A stretch of DNA of 64,000 bases. It comes from the human T2T-CHM13v2.0 reference genome, Homo sapiens. Each line of letters begins with the position of its first letter. Positions within the stretch are counted from its first letter, which is position 1. Shown here in pieces: positions 42,271-58,698 of this stretch. The stretch is from the NCBI RefSeq assembly GCF_009914755.1, contig NC_060942.1. One strand, 5' to 3'. The translations under genes and the position numbers were made by a program. Below the pieces are notes generated by a model that saw only the letters and a program-made list of their open reading frames with translations, was not told where the DNA came from and did no database searches.

Positions 42271-42799
42271 TAGTAGAAAAAGGAAAAATATTACTTCATG
42301 TTTGCTTGTTTAACATGTCAACATTCCAGGCATATTAGACATAAGTCGCAGGCGGAGGGACAAGTGAGCTACAAAATAACCTGTTTAAACATCGTAAAGC
42401 AAATGAATGTGGTGTAGGAACATGCATACACACATGAATTCAAGAGTTTTGGAAGATTTGGAAGAAGAAAGTGTCAGAAAAGATATATTTATAATATTTT
42501 AGGTTGTTGAATCAAGAACAGTTTTAGTTGCCATAGAGATTTTTTGATAGCACCATAAAGAAACCAGGCAGGTGCTCTTTTATTTTCAGTTTTAGAAAAT
42601 CAGAAATATAAAATCTATTATTTCTTATCTTTGAGATTTCTGTTCATCTCTATTCTCATGATCATTATAAAACACTTAACTATTTTTGTGTTCATCACCT
42701 CTGTTAGCATATATTTTATAGGGAGTTATAATATAGTACATTGTACTATGTTTCACTGGCTGTTTTGTTTTCTTAATAGAATGCTAAATTTAAAACTCT

Positions 42800-43148
42800 G
42801 GCCAGGTGCAGTGGCTCATGCCTGTAATCCTAGCACTTTGGGAGGCTGAGGTGGGCAGATCACTTGAGGTCAGGAGTTCGAAACCAGCCTGGCCAACATG
42901 GTGAAACCCTGTCTCTACTAAAAATACAAAAATTAGCTGGGTATGGTGGTGCATGCCTGTATTCCCAGCACTCTGGGAAGCTGAGGTGGGGGGATCACCT
43001 GAACTCAGGAGTTCAAGACAACCTGGCCAATATGGTGAAACGTGGTGGTGCATGCCTGTCCTCCCAGCTACTCAGGAGGCTGAATTGCTTGAGCCCAGGA
43101 GGCAGAAGTTGAGCTGAGATCGCACCACTGCATGATAAATAAATAAAT
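42800..43148 (+). mobile_element. Rearranged (three-monomer) Alu
   Basis: Left arm, linker, a second left-arm-like unit, then an internally deleted right arm ending at CCACTGCA before a short TAAA tail. Confidence 0.85.
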
Positions 43149-43429
43149 ATGTACATAGATACATACATGCATACTCTGGATGGTAGACATAACAATCATT
43201 TTTGCTACTATAACCTCAACAATTAGTTTGTGCCTGATTTAAGAAGTATTTGCTGAACTAATGAGATAGTCAGTTATAGATGCCATTTATTGAAACTTTT
43301 TCTAATTGGATTTGATCTAAAAATAAAGAACACCTGTAAGGATGGTGTGATGGTGGCCCTTCTATAGAACAGAAAAACATTACTACATATAAAAAGAGTA
43401 ATGATATTCTTAAAATACCGGAGTTTTAG

Positions 43430-43739
<310 letters not shown>

Positions 43740-43879
43740 GGGTATATTCTGTCTTTAGTGATAATATAAGTATGACTTAGTTTCTTCTTTTGGCAGCTAG
43801 AAATTTCTAGACATAGTCACTTTATGAAATACTAATATGCTAATGATATATTAATGATGCTATGAATAGTTCAAATAAT

Positions 43880-44090
43880 AGCAAATACCATTTATTGTGC
43901 CGAGCACCCTGCTAGTGATTTTTCTTACTTTATTTCATCCTCAAACAACCTTTCATAAAGGTCTTAAAGCTTCATTTTACAAAGAAAGGTACAGACTAGG
44001 AAGGATTAAATGACTTGGTCTAACTGCTAACAACGGACGAAACTGGAATCAAACCAATTCTATCTTATTACAAATCCTCTGCTCTTTCTG
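43880..44090 (-). mobile_element. MIR
   Basis: CCATTTATTG...TCATCCTCAAACAACC...CATTTTACA...TTAAATGACTTG...GGAATCAAACC. Confidence 0.75.
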
Positions 44091-44139
44091 TGATAAAATG
44101 GAGCTTTCCATAACAAATTCAGTCACTGCTGCAGTTAAA

Positions 44140-45680
<1,541 letters not shown>

Positions 45681-48600
45681 CAAGAGTACTATACTTTTAA
45701 ACTGTGAGGCAGAAGCTACCTGGCCATTCTCTACATGGACTGCAGCCACTTATTTTCTCATTGAAAAGTTTGAATTAATTTATATAGGAAATATATTGGT
45801 CAAAATGGAAGGTGGGAGAGGTCAACATAGTATGTTTTAAGGCTACTTAGGGACTAATGCTCCCCATGGATGTTCCTCAAATATATTGTCATAGTGCCCC
45901 AAACATTAATGAATATTCTCTTTAGAAAGCATATTAAGGCATGCATTTTGAAGGTAGAAGCATGGACTATATTACACAATATTACACTCTCTCGTTTTCC
46001 TATTTGTTTTCACCACTTCTCTATTTGGATGAGAACATTGTTAGGCAAGTACTTTTACCGAAAAGGAAGAGTTTGTAAAGTCCTAAAAAGTGAGAGTTAT
46101 AGTAGGAAATCCTAAACTATTAGGAGCAAAAGCAAACTCCAGACATCTGGGAGTCCTAATAGAGAAGGCTTCAAAAGAGAAAGGATGAAAAAGATTAAAT
46201 TTGCTTATTCACAATTAGAAATATGGCTAGCTGCAGAAATATGTTCATTTTCTATACATTTGTTGCTGCAAAAGTAAGAGAAGTACCAGAGGGAGAGAGA
46301 GGAGAGAAAGAGACATCCTCTTCAGGTTGGCTAGGGGTAAATGGATTCAAATCTGAACAGACTTGAAGTAGAATGGAAGACAGTCTCACACTGAGACTCA
46401 AATTTGTGCTAAAAGAGAAAGTGCTGCAGGTCTCCTCTCTATTGCCATGTTTGGCTGATTTCAACATAGCAAAGCAATGTGAAATCTACAGTTTTAACAG
46501 GGCCATGTTATCCTTTGGGGAAAACTTCAATTATGCTAATAATGATACCAGATATGGTTCTAAATTTTAAAAATATAAGACGATTGTATTATTTTCCACA
46601 TGCTCTTTCATTGCAGACTCCTCTACTTGCCATCCTCATAGCATTTTATTTTTGTTTAGCTGTTCACACAAAAAAAGAAAACCAATTAAGCTTCTTTTGT
46701 TTGTTTCATTTAAAGTAGGTGTTTCAAAGTGCAAACAGCTGCAGTGAATGTAAATAACGAATGTTGGCCCCAAGTACTGCCAGTTTGAGCTCCATACTTA
46801 AAGACACAAGAGGTCTTTCACTCCTCGTTTCACTGATGGCTTTTATTTGGTGAAACATAAGGAACATTATACCAAATAGTCACTAAAACATGCATGTCTC
46901 TAAAATTGCATATGTTGCAGTAATTTTCACTGTCTAGGCCACTTGTAAATGGAAGCATTTCCATACAGATTGTCCAAAGATAAAATGTAAATTAGCCAAA
47001 TAAAATTGAGCATGGTAGAGAAAAAGCTGAAGTTCTGAGGTGTTTTAGAAAAAGCACACCTGGTTTTCATTGAAATATAAAGATTCTAATTTCTCTAAGT
47101 TTTACATTTTAAAAATGTAATACCAGCAGAGAATATACAAACATCTCCATTTTAGTAAAACTGTTGAAACTCTGGGAGGTAATATTTTACAGATGAGAAT
47201 CTGTGTTTGTTTATAATAAAATAAATAATAGCATTAGAGGCTTAGCCACTTTCCTGTGAAGTAAATTCTTGAAAGAGTCCAGCATTTCTATCTGGAAAGT
47301 CAGATTTTGAAAATCAAAAAGAGCATCTAGTCAATAGGATTTTTTGAAATTAATGAGACCTTCTGAGATATCACTGAATAATGTATTAATAGGTATGAGC
47401 AACAGAGAGAGACAACTAAACCGCTGTCCCCTACTGAGTTCTGAAATGAGGAATCTCCCACTGATGAATTCAATGATACTATGTGTGATTACTGCATTTG
47501 AATCTGTAATTTGATTAGAATAATATCAGATAAGCTGCTTCACATCAATTTCCCACCTCAAAGATTCATTTATTCATTTGTTTTCTACATTGATTCAGAA
47601 AGAAACATTAAGACAATCAAGAGATACTTAATGTAGTAATTATCAGGAAGCAACACTGGCCCTGCACAAAATTATGAAGTAGGAAAATGTGATCTTCAGC
47701 TTTCCAAATTGGTTTTGTTTCTTTTCTTTATTTGTCAATCTCATTTTCTACTCTCTATGTTTAGAATGTTTTTTAAAAAGTTATCTGTACTGTGTAAAAA
47801 TTTAAGTTTTTGACTTTCTCATAGTCAGAAGTCCTCAAGTAGGAACAAAGTTATGAAAAAAAGCAAATAAATATTGTAAGTCATAAAATTTAAGCCTCAG
47901 ATATGCTGGTACATATGGCCTTCCTATATTTATCTTTTATACCACATCACACCAAATTCTCATGAAGAGAATACTATTCATATTTGCTTATGAGAAACAC
48001 TGAACCATCTTCACTAAACAGTCTGAGCAAATTCCCTGGCAAAGACCATTTTGTTTATTCTCTCAACCATGGAAAAAGCTTCAGCTAGCTTTTGTGTGGC
48101 AATCAGAAGACGAGGATGAATAAGGCCCAAAACTTTCCTTGAAGGATCTCACTCATGGACTACAGGGAAACAGACAAACAGATAACAGCCCTATGTTACA
48201 CATATATGTAAATAAGTATATGTTGCAAATATAGATATCTAGAGAGGCTATTCAGAGAATACATAATTTTTCAGGATAGAAAAATTAAACATTCTAGTTT
48301 TTCTAAAAGAAATAAATAACAGGTTATCACTTGCAAGCTATGGAACTATTATAGTTCTGTCTTTTCTCTCTGGGCACTCTTGTGATTCTTTTTAATCTCT
48401 GAAGTTCCACAGTTTCTCATTGTCATGCAATTGTATTTATTTTTGTTCTTATTCAAGATTACTGTGTCTGAGAATTGTATCTTTCATCAATTCAGTGATA
48501 TTCTCGGGAAATGTGTTCTTTCAATACCCTCATGCCAACATCACTAGTTTCTCCAATTTCTCCTGTAACTTCTATTAGATGTGCAAGGGAAATTCTTACT

Positions 48601-49694
48601 CTGTCAACCACAATTCTCAATCTCTCTTTGATATTTGTTTCCTACCAGTTTATCAAGGTATACTACATTCTGAGTTATTATCACAATCTATTCAGCTCAT
48701 TAATTCTCTTTTCAACTGTGTCTAATCCACTGAGTCTGTCTACTCCAATATTTTGTTTCTTCTATCTTCCCTGTCTCTGGACTACTTACTCTTGAAGTTA
48801 TTTCAGAGGCAATTTGAATACAAGAAATAGAGAATGGCTTATCTTCTATTCAGTGAGATTTAGTTTGAGGAATCAGAGGAAATCACTGAAGTCAAGGGCA
48901 GGAACTGGATCCCTCCTTTACTTCAGGTGAGACCGGATGCATAAACTGGAAAGCAATCAATAATTACAGTATCCACACACTCTCCCTTTCCTCTTAGGAT
49001 CTGTCACTTACGTGTGCATTTTATGTCTCTCTATATAAAGGTATCTACTTTGCCATTAGCAGAATTATGCATATTTATAAGGCCAGCATCTGCAGTATAT
49101 TAATTTGTTTCTCAGAATTACTGGGAAATATGGAGACCTCTGAAAATGAAAAGAATTATAAAAAATATTTATCAACAATTTAGGCTCAGGCAATTACAAA
49201 ATCAGCAAAGGGTCCTGGAGGTTCCCTCCTGTACCAGCAGTTGTATGTTATGGGAGATCTGGTATGCCTTAGTGGAGGCAGCTGAGGTGCTGTTGAGACC
49301 CTAGCAGGTTTTCACAGAACACTAGCTCTGCCACAAATGCACCTTAGATCAAGGCTGGTGGTAGAACCTGTCATTGTCATGGGGAACAGACAACCAGCAT
49401 GCATACCTTCAACATAGGTGCCAGATATTTGATTTTGCAGCATTTTCTGAAAATAGATTTTTCACAGCACAGTCTTGTGTATTTCACCACTTGTCCCAGA
49501 ATCATGCAGATGTTAGAGATTACATAACTTGGCTGTGCCCTAGCAGTGTGAACAAGCTTCTGGAATTTTTGAACTCTATAGGTGGTTTCTACCTCTTAAA
49601 AAAGGTTAGCATGAAAAATTCACAAATCGTATACAAGAGGTTCAGATGCAGAGTTATCAAAAAAAAAAAAAAAAAAGCACAAACAAAAAAAATA

Positions 49695-49843
49695 TAGTCC
49701 CAGATACTTGGGAGGCTGAGGCAGAAGTATCTCTTGAGCCCAGGAGTTTGAGGCTGCAGTGAGCTTTGATTGCACCTGGTAATAGCCACTCTACTCCAGC
49801 CTGGGCAAAACAGTGAGACCCTGTCTCAAAAAAAACCAACAAC
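49695..49843 (+). mobile_element. FAM-like fossil Alu monomer (5'-truncated)
   Basis: Contains the 7SL-like TAATAGCCACT segment that is absent from dimeric Alu right arms. Confidence 0.8.
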
Positions 49844-50150
49844 AAAAGGTTAATGTCTTCTAAGGTACAGTTAGATAACCAAAAACTGAAGCATAAAATG
49901 TTTTAAAAAAAATTAGAAGGAAGGTCAAACTGAAAAGCTGAGGAATCCATACATTTATGCATGCTTTATCACTGATATTTCACTTATTTAATAACTAAAT
50001 ATCCTTAAAGTGATTTTGTAAATGAGAAAAAAAATTATATTTCCTCACACACATGTTTATCAATTTCTCTTCTCTTCATTTATGTTGATGCAATTTACTA
50101 CCTCGTGTTATTTTGAAACAGCCTGAAGGACTTCCTTTATTTTTTTTTTG

Positions 50151-50501
50151 TACAGCATTGGCATCCCTAATCCAAAAATTCAACATCTCAAATGCCCCAA
50201 AATCCAAAACGTTTTGAGTACTGATAAGATGTCACAAGTGGAAAATTCCACACCTGATACCATTGCTCCCTGGTGGTACAATGTACACAAACTTTGTCTC
50301 ATGCACAAAATTCTTTAAAATATTGTATTAATTTATATTCAGTCTATGTGTACAAGGTGCATACGGGACATAAATGAGTTTTCTGTTTAGACTTGGGTTC
50401 CATCGCCAAGGTATTTCATTATGTATATGCAAATATTCCAAAATTTGAAATCCAAAGCACTCCTGGTCCCAAGCATTTCAAATAAAATAAAACAGCCTAT
50501 A
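50151..50501. mobile_element. MER46C/Tigger4-type DNA transposon
   Basis: GCATCCCTAATCCAAAAAT...CAAGTGGAAAATTCCACACCTGA...TGGTCCCAAGCATTTC. TA flanks. Confidence 0.82.
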
Positions 50502-50742
50502 GTGAATTCTTAGAGGTAACAAATACTATCAACTTTTGTTTATATGAAATTATTCTTTCTCTATTTTTGTTTTTGAAAGATATTACCCTAGATACAATAT
50601 TCTAGGTAGACAAAAACACCCTCCTCCATTCAGTATTTTAAAGAAGTTTTCATCTGACTTGAATATTTTAACATGAGAAGCACGTGTTCATTCTCATCTT
50701 TGTTCTTCTGTGCATAATGTGTATTTTTTGTCAGATTTTTAA

Positions 50743-51168
<426 letters not shown>

Positions 51169-51358
51169 TAAGTCCACTTTTTAATTTACCCCTGTGTCTA
51201 CTCTATCGTTAAGGCCATGCAATGAAATTTTTATTTCAGATGTTGTGATGCTCAGCTCTAGAAATTGCATTTGGTCCCTTTTTATATCTTCCCTTTATCT
51301 CCTCATTATGTTCAAGTTTTTCATTACATTTATAAATATATCCATAAGAATGTTTTAA

Positions 51359-51589
<231 letters not shown>

Positions 51590-52929
51590 ATTTCAGGTAT
51601 TTTTCTATTAACTGATTTTATTTCTCATTAGAAATAATATTTTCCTGTTTCTGTGCATATTTAGTAACATTTGATTGCGTACTGAACACTCTGAATATCA
51701 TGTTAAGATTCTGGAGTTTGTTATCCTCCTTAAGAAATTTTTGAGTTTTGTTTTGGCAGTCAGCTAAATAGTATGTAGATTAGCTGATCCTTTTGTGTCT
51801 TGTTTTAAGCATTTTATGTTGGATCTAGAGTAAGCCTAGCTCTGGGCTAGATTAGCTGTACTATGAAGGCATGATCCCCATTAATGCTCCCATATATTCA
51901 ACATGGTCTCCCTGGCTTGACTCATCAGAACTCACGCATTTCCAATTTTGCATGAGCTAGGGGAATTGTTGAGTTCATAGGCAACTTATGGGGTTTCACC
52001 TTACATGTGGTACAGCTGAGTACTCAGCCAAACACTCAGGGAACAGCATGAAGACTTCTGGACTGCTCTCTCTGCATAGTTTTCTTTTCCAGGATGACTT
52101 TCTTCACCTCCCACTGTTCTCATTTCTGTTATGTTAGTTGACTGAGAATATTGTTTTCTGAATAGTCCCCTATCCCTACACTACAATCCAGAAAGTGACT
52201 CCAGATCGAAAACTGAAGTAATTATAGGGTTAATCTAATTTATTTCCTTTTTATCAGAGACTACAGTCTTGTGCTCCCTTTTGTACAATGTTTGAAAATA
52301 GTTATTTCCTATATATTTTTACCCTGATCTAGTTGTTTATGGCAGGTTCCCTTTACACTCTCTTGTTCAGAAGTAGATGTTTAGTATTCCCCTACTAATA
52401 TGATTTAAATACACCACAATATTATTTGAGGAAGGTGATAATTATTCTTGATTTCCATAAATTACAAACAATGATTGTGATATCCCCCAGGATTGCAGTG
52501 TATAGTGTCTGTTTAATAAGTAGAAAATGTCACCAATGATGAAGTGGGCAACACTTAGGGCAGCATGTTTTGTTCTTGCTGTAGTTGTATTACTCTCTGC
52601 TACACTCTGAGCAAGTCATTAAAATTCTGTATTTTAGTCTACATGTCACATTTACTGATCTATTGACAGGGCCTACATTAGTGCGTGTCACCCAGCAAAT
52701 AATAAAATACATGTTAGATTAAAAAAATTCTGCAGAGATTCTTGAGTCTTTACTTCATAATGGTGATAATTCACTTTGATTTTATATGAGATAGAAATTT
52801 GATTCTGTTCAACGACTCGCATTGAATGTGATGGATCTCAAAGTCTTCTGACTAGATTCTAATTTCCTATATTTACTACAGGTTTAATCCTACCCTATTA
52901 ATGTTATCAATATGACAATTAGACTGTGC

Positions 52930-53412
52930 TAAAGATGTCTTTCAGAGTGAGTCTTAGCCTCACAGCCCCATGAGCAAACACCATGTAACCCTACAACCTG
53001 GATCTAGTGGTGAACATCTGTTAAACTAGTCTTGTTCTCTCTCCTGGAAATTGAGAATTGATACTTAGAAAGTCAAGTTAATGAGCTATTGATGCAGGAC
53101 AATGGCCCATAAAGATATTTGCCATTGATTCTGAGAAGTGAACCTCATTCATGCTGAAGTAGATGAATTAACACATGGAGGGTGGGGCAAAATAGAAACG
53201 CATTGAGAGCAGACATGCAGTGGTGAGGAAAATGAAAGCACACCTTCCTATCTGATGGCTTAAGCAGTTTCGAGTGCCAGTCTCTCTCAAAGCACGGCTG
53301 TACTTCCTGTCTGTGAGTTCTGTGAAATCTCCTGATTCTTTATAATGGATGCCCTTTCTCAATATGGCTCAATTAGATTTATTTTTATTGTAATGAAATC
53401 ATATTAAGACAA
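52930..53412 (+). mobile_element. Old MLT1-type LTR fragment
   Basis: Degenerate 3' end resembling MLT1J/K/L (TTAGATTTATTTTTATTGTAATGAAA..ATTAAGACA). Weak. Confidence 0.4.
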
Positions 53413-54715
53413 AGCCCGAGAATATGTAGTTCAGAGTTGGTGGAGGGGAAAGAAACCAAATATTGGAATGAACTGTAAATAAAGATTTAGGAATTCTTCA
53501 TCAAGCTTACTAGTTCTTAGCTTTTAGTTCATAGGTTTCATTCAGAATCTTTTCAAAGCTATGAACCTTTTATCCAGACAGTTCATATTCATACAAATTT
53601 TTTCATACAATTTGACACCATGAATGTCATTCAAAGACTCTTTTAAAAAGAATATAGGTGAGTCATGTTAAAACTATGAATGAAGTTACAATTTATGTTA
53701 AAAAATACATGTTTTCAGACATAAAACAATTTCAAAAACATGAAGTATTAATTGGCTTTTGAATTAAAAACAGATCTTATCATCCAGATGAGTAGTGTTG
53801 TATTTTACTAAAACTTTTCTTCCATGAAGTTAAGACTACAACATTCTGGGCCCCATTTAAAACATTAATTAATAGAAATTAAATCATGTCTCTATGGATT
53901 ATTCATCTGGTTTGAAGATTTCACAAATAAAAATTTTTCCTTTCAGTATTAAGAACAAAAAATCAGGCAACCTATGCTAAGTATATTAAATTCCACTTGT
54001 ATCCCTTTTCCTTTGTTAGCTTAGATACAAAGTTAAAATGTCATAATACAATATATTTTTGGTTTAAATAGAGGTTCCTATAGAACTGGCAGGCTTTTTT
54101 GAAAAATCTGAAATATTTTATTCACAGGTATTCTATCAAAGTCTGCTAAAAAAAAAAAAAAAAAAGAGCATCCATATAGCATGGTTTCAGGGACACCAAA
54201 GAGGCTGACTGCCCAAGAATATCTCTCCTGATGGTCTGTCATTTCATTGTCTATGGTTCATTCTTTGTAAGCAGTCACTCTGCAGGAATCCACTTTTAAA
54301 ATGCCATTACTGTCGGTTTAGAAGTACAGAGAAAAGGTAGTTATGCATAATTGTCTTCCAAATTTGTATTCTGTTAAAAGTGATTTTTTTTTTTTGGTCC
54401 CTTAAGAAAGCAGCATGTCAATAGCCATTGATTGACAGTCAGTGCTGCCTCTTGGATTCAAAAAGGCAGAAAATTCCCCATGGAGGTCATGAACAAAAAT
54501 GTCCTGAGCTATGGAAGCAAAGGGAACAGGGCTTTCTATAGGATATGTTAATAATGCAAAGATAAAGCAGGTAAGACAGGAGAGCAATGTCTAAGAGCAA
54601 CAGGGAAGGAAACAGCTGTGGGACCAGAGAAGAAACTATTGTAGTAACAACTTCTTGTTCACTTTAATGAGAATTAACTGAAGAATCAGCATGGGCCAGA
54701 ACTGACTCCTCCTCT

Positions 54716-54754
54716 GAAGAAAAAGAAAAAGAAAAAGAGAAAGAATGAAAGAAA

Positions 54755-54819
<65 letters not shown>

Positions 54820-54877
54820 AAAGAGAAGAGAGGAGAAGAGAAGAGAAGAGAAGAGAAGAGAAGAGAAGAGAAGAAAA
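54716..54877. repeat. Compound polypurine repeat (GAAA)n + (AAGAG)n
   Basis: About 160 bp almost purely A/G on the plus strand. Confidence 0.97.
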
Positions 54878-55139
54878 GGCTATTAGCTTTAAAGGAAATT
54901 TAATTTTAAAAACTGGACACACATAAGGCTTCTCAGTAATTCTAAAGTTGCATCATCGGACCAGCCAGGCCAAAAGCTAAAAGCAGACATTAAGTAATTT
55001 CTGTGTGTGTGAAGTACTGGATATAAAAAGAAAGATAATAAGTGAGAACTTTTGACAGAGGACCTTGATAATAGGATTTTTCTAAGTAGAAATTTTCAGC
55101 CTGGGCTCCTGCAGAGAAAATGTGGGAGCAGAACACAGA

Positions 55140-55360
55140 CTCCAGAGCAAGGTTGCCTGGGTTCATGTATCCACCTGACTCCTGTAGACTCACAATGCGA
55201 TCGTGTGTCTTCCACATTAACATTTAACCATTATAAAATGAGTAAAAAGTCCTTAACTTAGAGGGTGACTGTAGGAAATAAGTGGGCTAATATGTGGAAC
55301 TCACGTAACAACATCTCTACCTAGCACACCACATGATCAATAAATACTAGCAATTATTTT
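55140..55360 (+). mobile_element. MIR
   Basis: GCCTGGGTTCA...TATAAAATGAG...TTAGAGGGTG..TGTAGG...TCAATAAATACTAGC. Confidence 0.65.
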
Positions 55361-58300
55361 CATTTTAGAACAGCATTCTATCATTTATTATAAATATTGC
55401 TTAGAAAATGCAAGGTTTGTAAAGATACTTTGTGCATTAAGTAATTTACTTGGGTTAACAAAAAAAGAAAAGAAAAAAGAAAGAAAAACCAGCCACGATG
55501 AGTGTGGGACTTTCTTATTTTAGTCATCGATGCTGGAGGAGATTTTGCGTCTTCAATCAATGCTAAACTAACGTCTCAGTTGGTTGTTGACAAGGCTGCT
55601 GACAGCAGAAAAGCCCTGAAGTTGTTCTAATCCTCTCAGGACTATGCCCTAATGAAACACTCTATTTTGGTGATGGCAGACACCATAGAAGAAATAGCTC
55701 AGTAAGTAAAAGAGGAAGAATTCAGTCATATGATTTCAGATGGAAAACCTGTAGAAATTACCTGTCCCCAAACCCTAATGCTGCAGTGGGAAACTGTGAG
55801 AGACAGGGAGGTTCAGTGCTATAAATAAAGTCACACAGCCATTCAGCAATGGCAGAGCCAAGAACCCTGGGAACGTGCGAATCCCACGTTTGCGATTCCC
55901 AGAGTCCTGTTCTTGCAGATGCACCAGGCGGCCTCTCCTCACCATGAGCTGCATGAAGTCTAACACAATTCAATATGACTGAGGATTATTTCCTTCTTGA
56001 CAAAAGAATACAGCCACGTGATTCCACAAACAAAATTAATATACATAAAAAAGAACCATTTTTTCCACTTTACTCAAGATGAACAGAAATGTCTTCTTTC
56101 AAAGGCACTGAAATGAGCATTCCCATTCCCATCTGGAATTGGATGGAACACAGAGTGGTGTCAGAGTCTGAGGCAGTGCCTCTTCCCTTCTTGTTTGCCT
56201 GTCTTGCCTTCTCTTCAGAATTCTCCTCGGAAAATCAGCAGTGCTCCCTATCAAGCCTCATTTCCTCTTCCCTTACTGCATTAAGTATCTACTTTTGAAA
56301 CAGCAAAAGCATGCACTTTGTAAAAAGGAGAAAGTAATAAAAGAACAAAATCAAGAATGGTGAGATTTTTCTAATGTTCTTTGAGCCACATCTTTCCTTA
56401 GAACTCAAAGAACTGGGCTTCAACTCAACGTTAGCTTCTGTAGCTGCCTCCAGCTCACACAAAGCATTTAAAAGCTTCTGTTCCCACCGTGTTTCCTGGC
56501 AGGATGTATTTTTACCTGTTCAAGAGGAACATACTGAAGGATGAACACTTATCTACTCTCCTCTCTAATGTTAATGTATTCTGCCTTAATTTCTGCTTTA
56601 TAGAGTTGACCTCCCCTACTCCACTCCAGTCTCCAGCTGAAACTGTCTCTGCTGCTCCTCTTCGGGACCAGCAATGGAACCTCCCGCTGTGCCTCATCAG
56701 GTCTTCCCATGGTGGGTGGCTTCTAGCAGCCATTATTTCCACTCAGAGACTCCCAACTACTCAAGAATGGAGGTGCTTGTGCAGGTGCTTTCGCTACTCT
56801 TGCTTCAGTTTGCTGTACACTCACTTCCCTATCCCCCATCTATACACAGATATTAGTGTTCTAGAATCCCCATGTAAATAAAATTGCAAGAATATTGATG
56901 AGCTTTTCATATTTTCCCAAAGAAGTTATGTGAAAATACATATCAGTGAAGACATAGGTTTACAAATGTATGATATTTAATATTTAGCTACTAGATATTC
57001 TAATTTTAAAGCTGTCATTTGGGGATATCTATTTTCATTTATGATTTTAGTAGAGGTGCATATGTTCTAGATCTTTAAAATTATAGCCTCAAATCCATGC
57101 AAGCAAAATTGATGTTGATTTTGGAAACATGATTTTGATTGCAAAGGCTTGTCAAATAAATCTTCCTAGCTCTGATTGCTTCAATGATTTGGGATCAGAT
57201 CTCATTTACAATGGTTTAGTGTAGTCTGTTCTGTTTTTTCATTACATTCTCATTTCTCTAGTTCCTTGAAAATGATTATTGAATTAGTACGATTACAACC
57301 TATACCATAATGTATTGGAATAATTTAAGTACCATTTATATGCCTATAATACTCATTTACCAATGAATCATACTGAAATTTCTAAGTAAAGCCCTTATTA
57401 GTAAGATATTATTCTTTATTATCCCTATTGTTAGTTTTGCAAAAGCTTTACTTAAATTGGGTAAAAGTATCCATACAAACTCACAATAAAGAGTACATTT
57501 TATTTCCTTTACAGAACAGTGCTATCTATAAGAAATAGGATATGATCTTATTGTACAAGTAAATTTCAGTGGAATATTTTGAACATAATTAGATCTAATC
57601 AAATTAAAATTAGAGAAGTATCTATATATGTTCATTTGTTATGGAAATATAGTTTCTTTGTTGCAATTATTTACATACCATTTAAATTTTAAAATATATA
57701 TAATTTATTTCTGAAATCAGTTTAACATTAGCCTCTCTGAAGCTTATTTCAGGGAGATATTGTTGGCTTTTAAAAAACATTCTGAAGAAATGGGGAGATA
57801 GCTATAAACTCCAGGTCTCTATTAATTCAAGGTCTCTTCCAATGGTAGCCATGGATTTTTAAGCTGTTGTTTTCTAAAAGCTGAATTTCATGAGTATTTG
57901 AAACTGCTGAGACAACCACATGTTTATAAAGAAATACTACTGCTGCATAAATCTCTTGTTGTTTGTTATATGTGGTTTATTGACAGAGCTAAATGTATAA
58001 ACAAGAAGTGGACTATCATTGGCCCACAACTTTATGTTCATTTTGTTAGCTTAATGTGTTACCTTCTCTTATGGAGTTAATATATAATGATGGGGTTTAC
58101 ACAAATTAGTGTTTAAAATGTGTGTACAGTCACTCAAAAGAATCTTTCATTACAAAAGATAATTGTAGCAGAAAATATTCTTGCTAAGTCATTCAAATCA
58201 GCATTCTTGAACTTGCCCTGTTTATGTGCTGTGCTAGCAAACTGCCAGTGTTTTATAAATATTTAACTCCAGAATTTGACCACTAGGCCAGAAATAAGAC

Positions 58301-58698
58301 CTCTAAATCAGAATAAATTGTTTCCAAGTTCATCTTAGTAAACCTAAATATCATGAATGTCTTGTTAGCAGTTATTAATATTTTGCAATCTGGGTGATGA
58401 GCCTTTTTAAAAAAATTCACTAATTGCTTCCCCAAAGTTCAAAATTATTTGACAATTAACATGCAGTAGAAATCCTATAAATAATAAAATGGTGTGAATG
58501 TCTTAAAAATAAAGCAGAGACGCATTCACTAGACATTGCATGGTGGTATGTTAGCAAGATATTTGGGCTCAATTAAACCATCATTTATAATTTTGTTGCA
58601 ACTATTAGTGTGTGTTTTTCCTCATTATAGAGCCATAATCATATAGCATTACTTTCAAAGGAAATTCTTCTGTATTTTCTCATAACCCATTTTGGGTT

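Noticed and set aside
40600-42292. TSD for the AKR1B10 retrocopy (TAGAAGAAAATA vs TAGAAAAAGGAAAAATA)
   Set aside because: The match is imperfect and low-complexity, so the pseudogene boundaries remain approximate.
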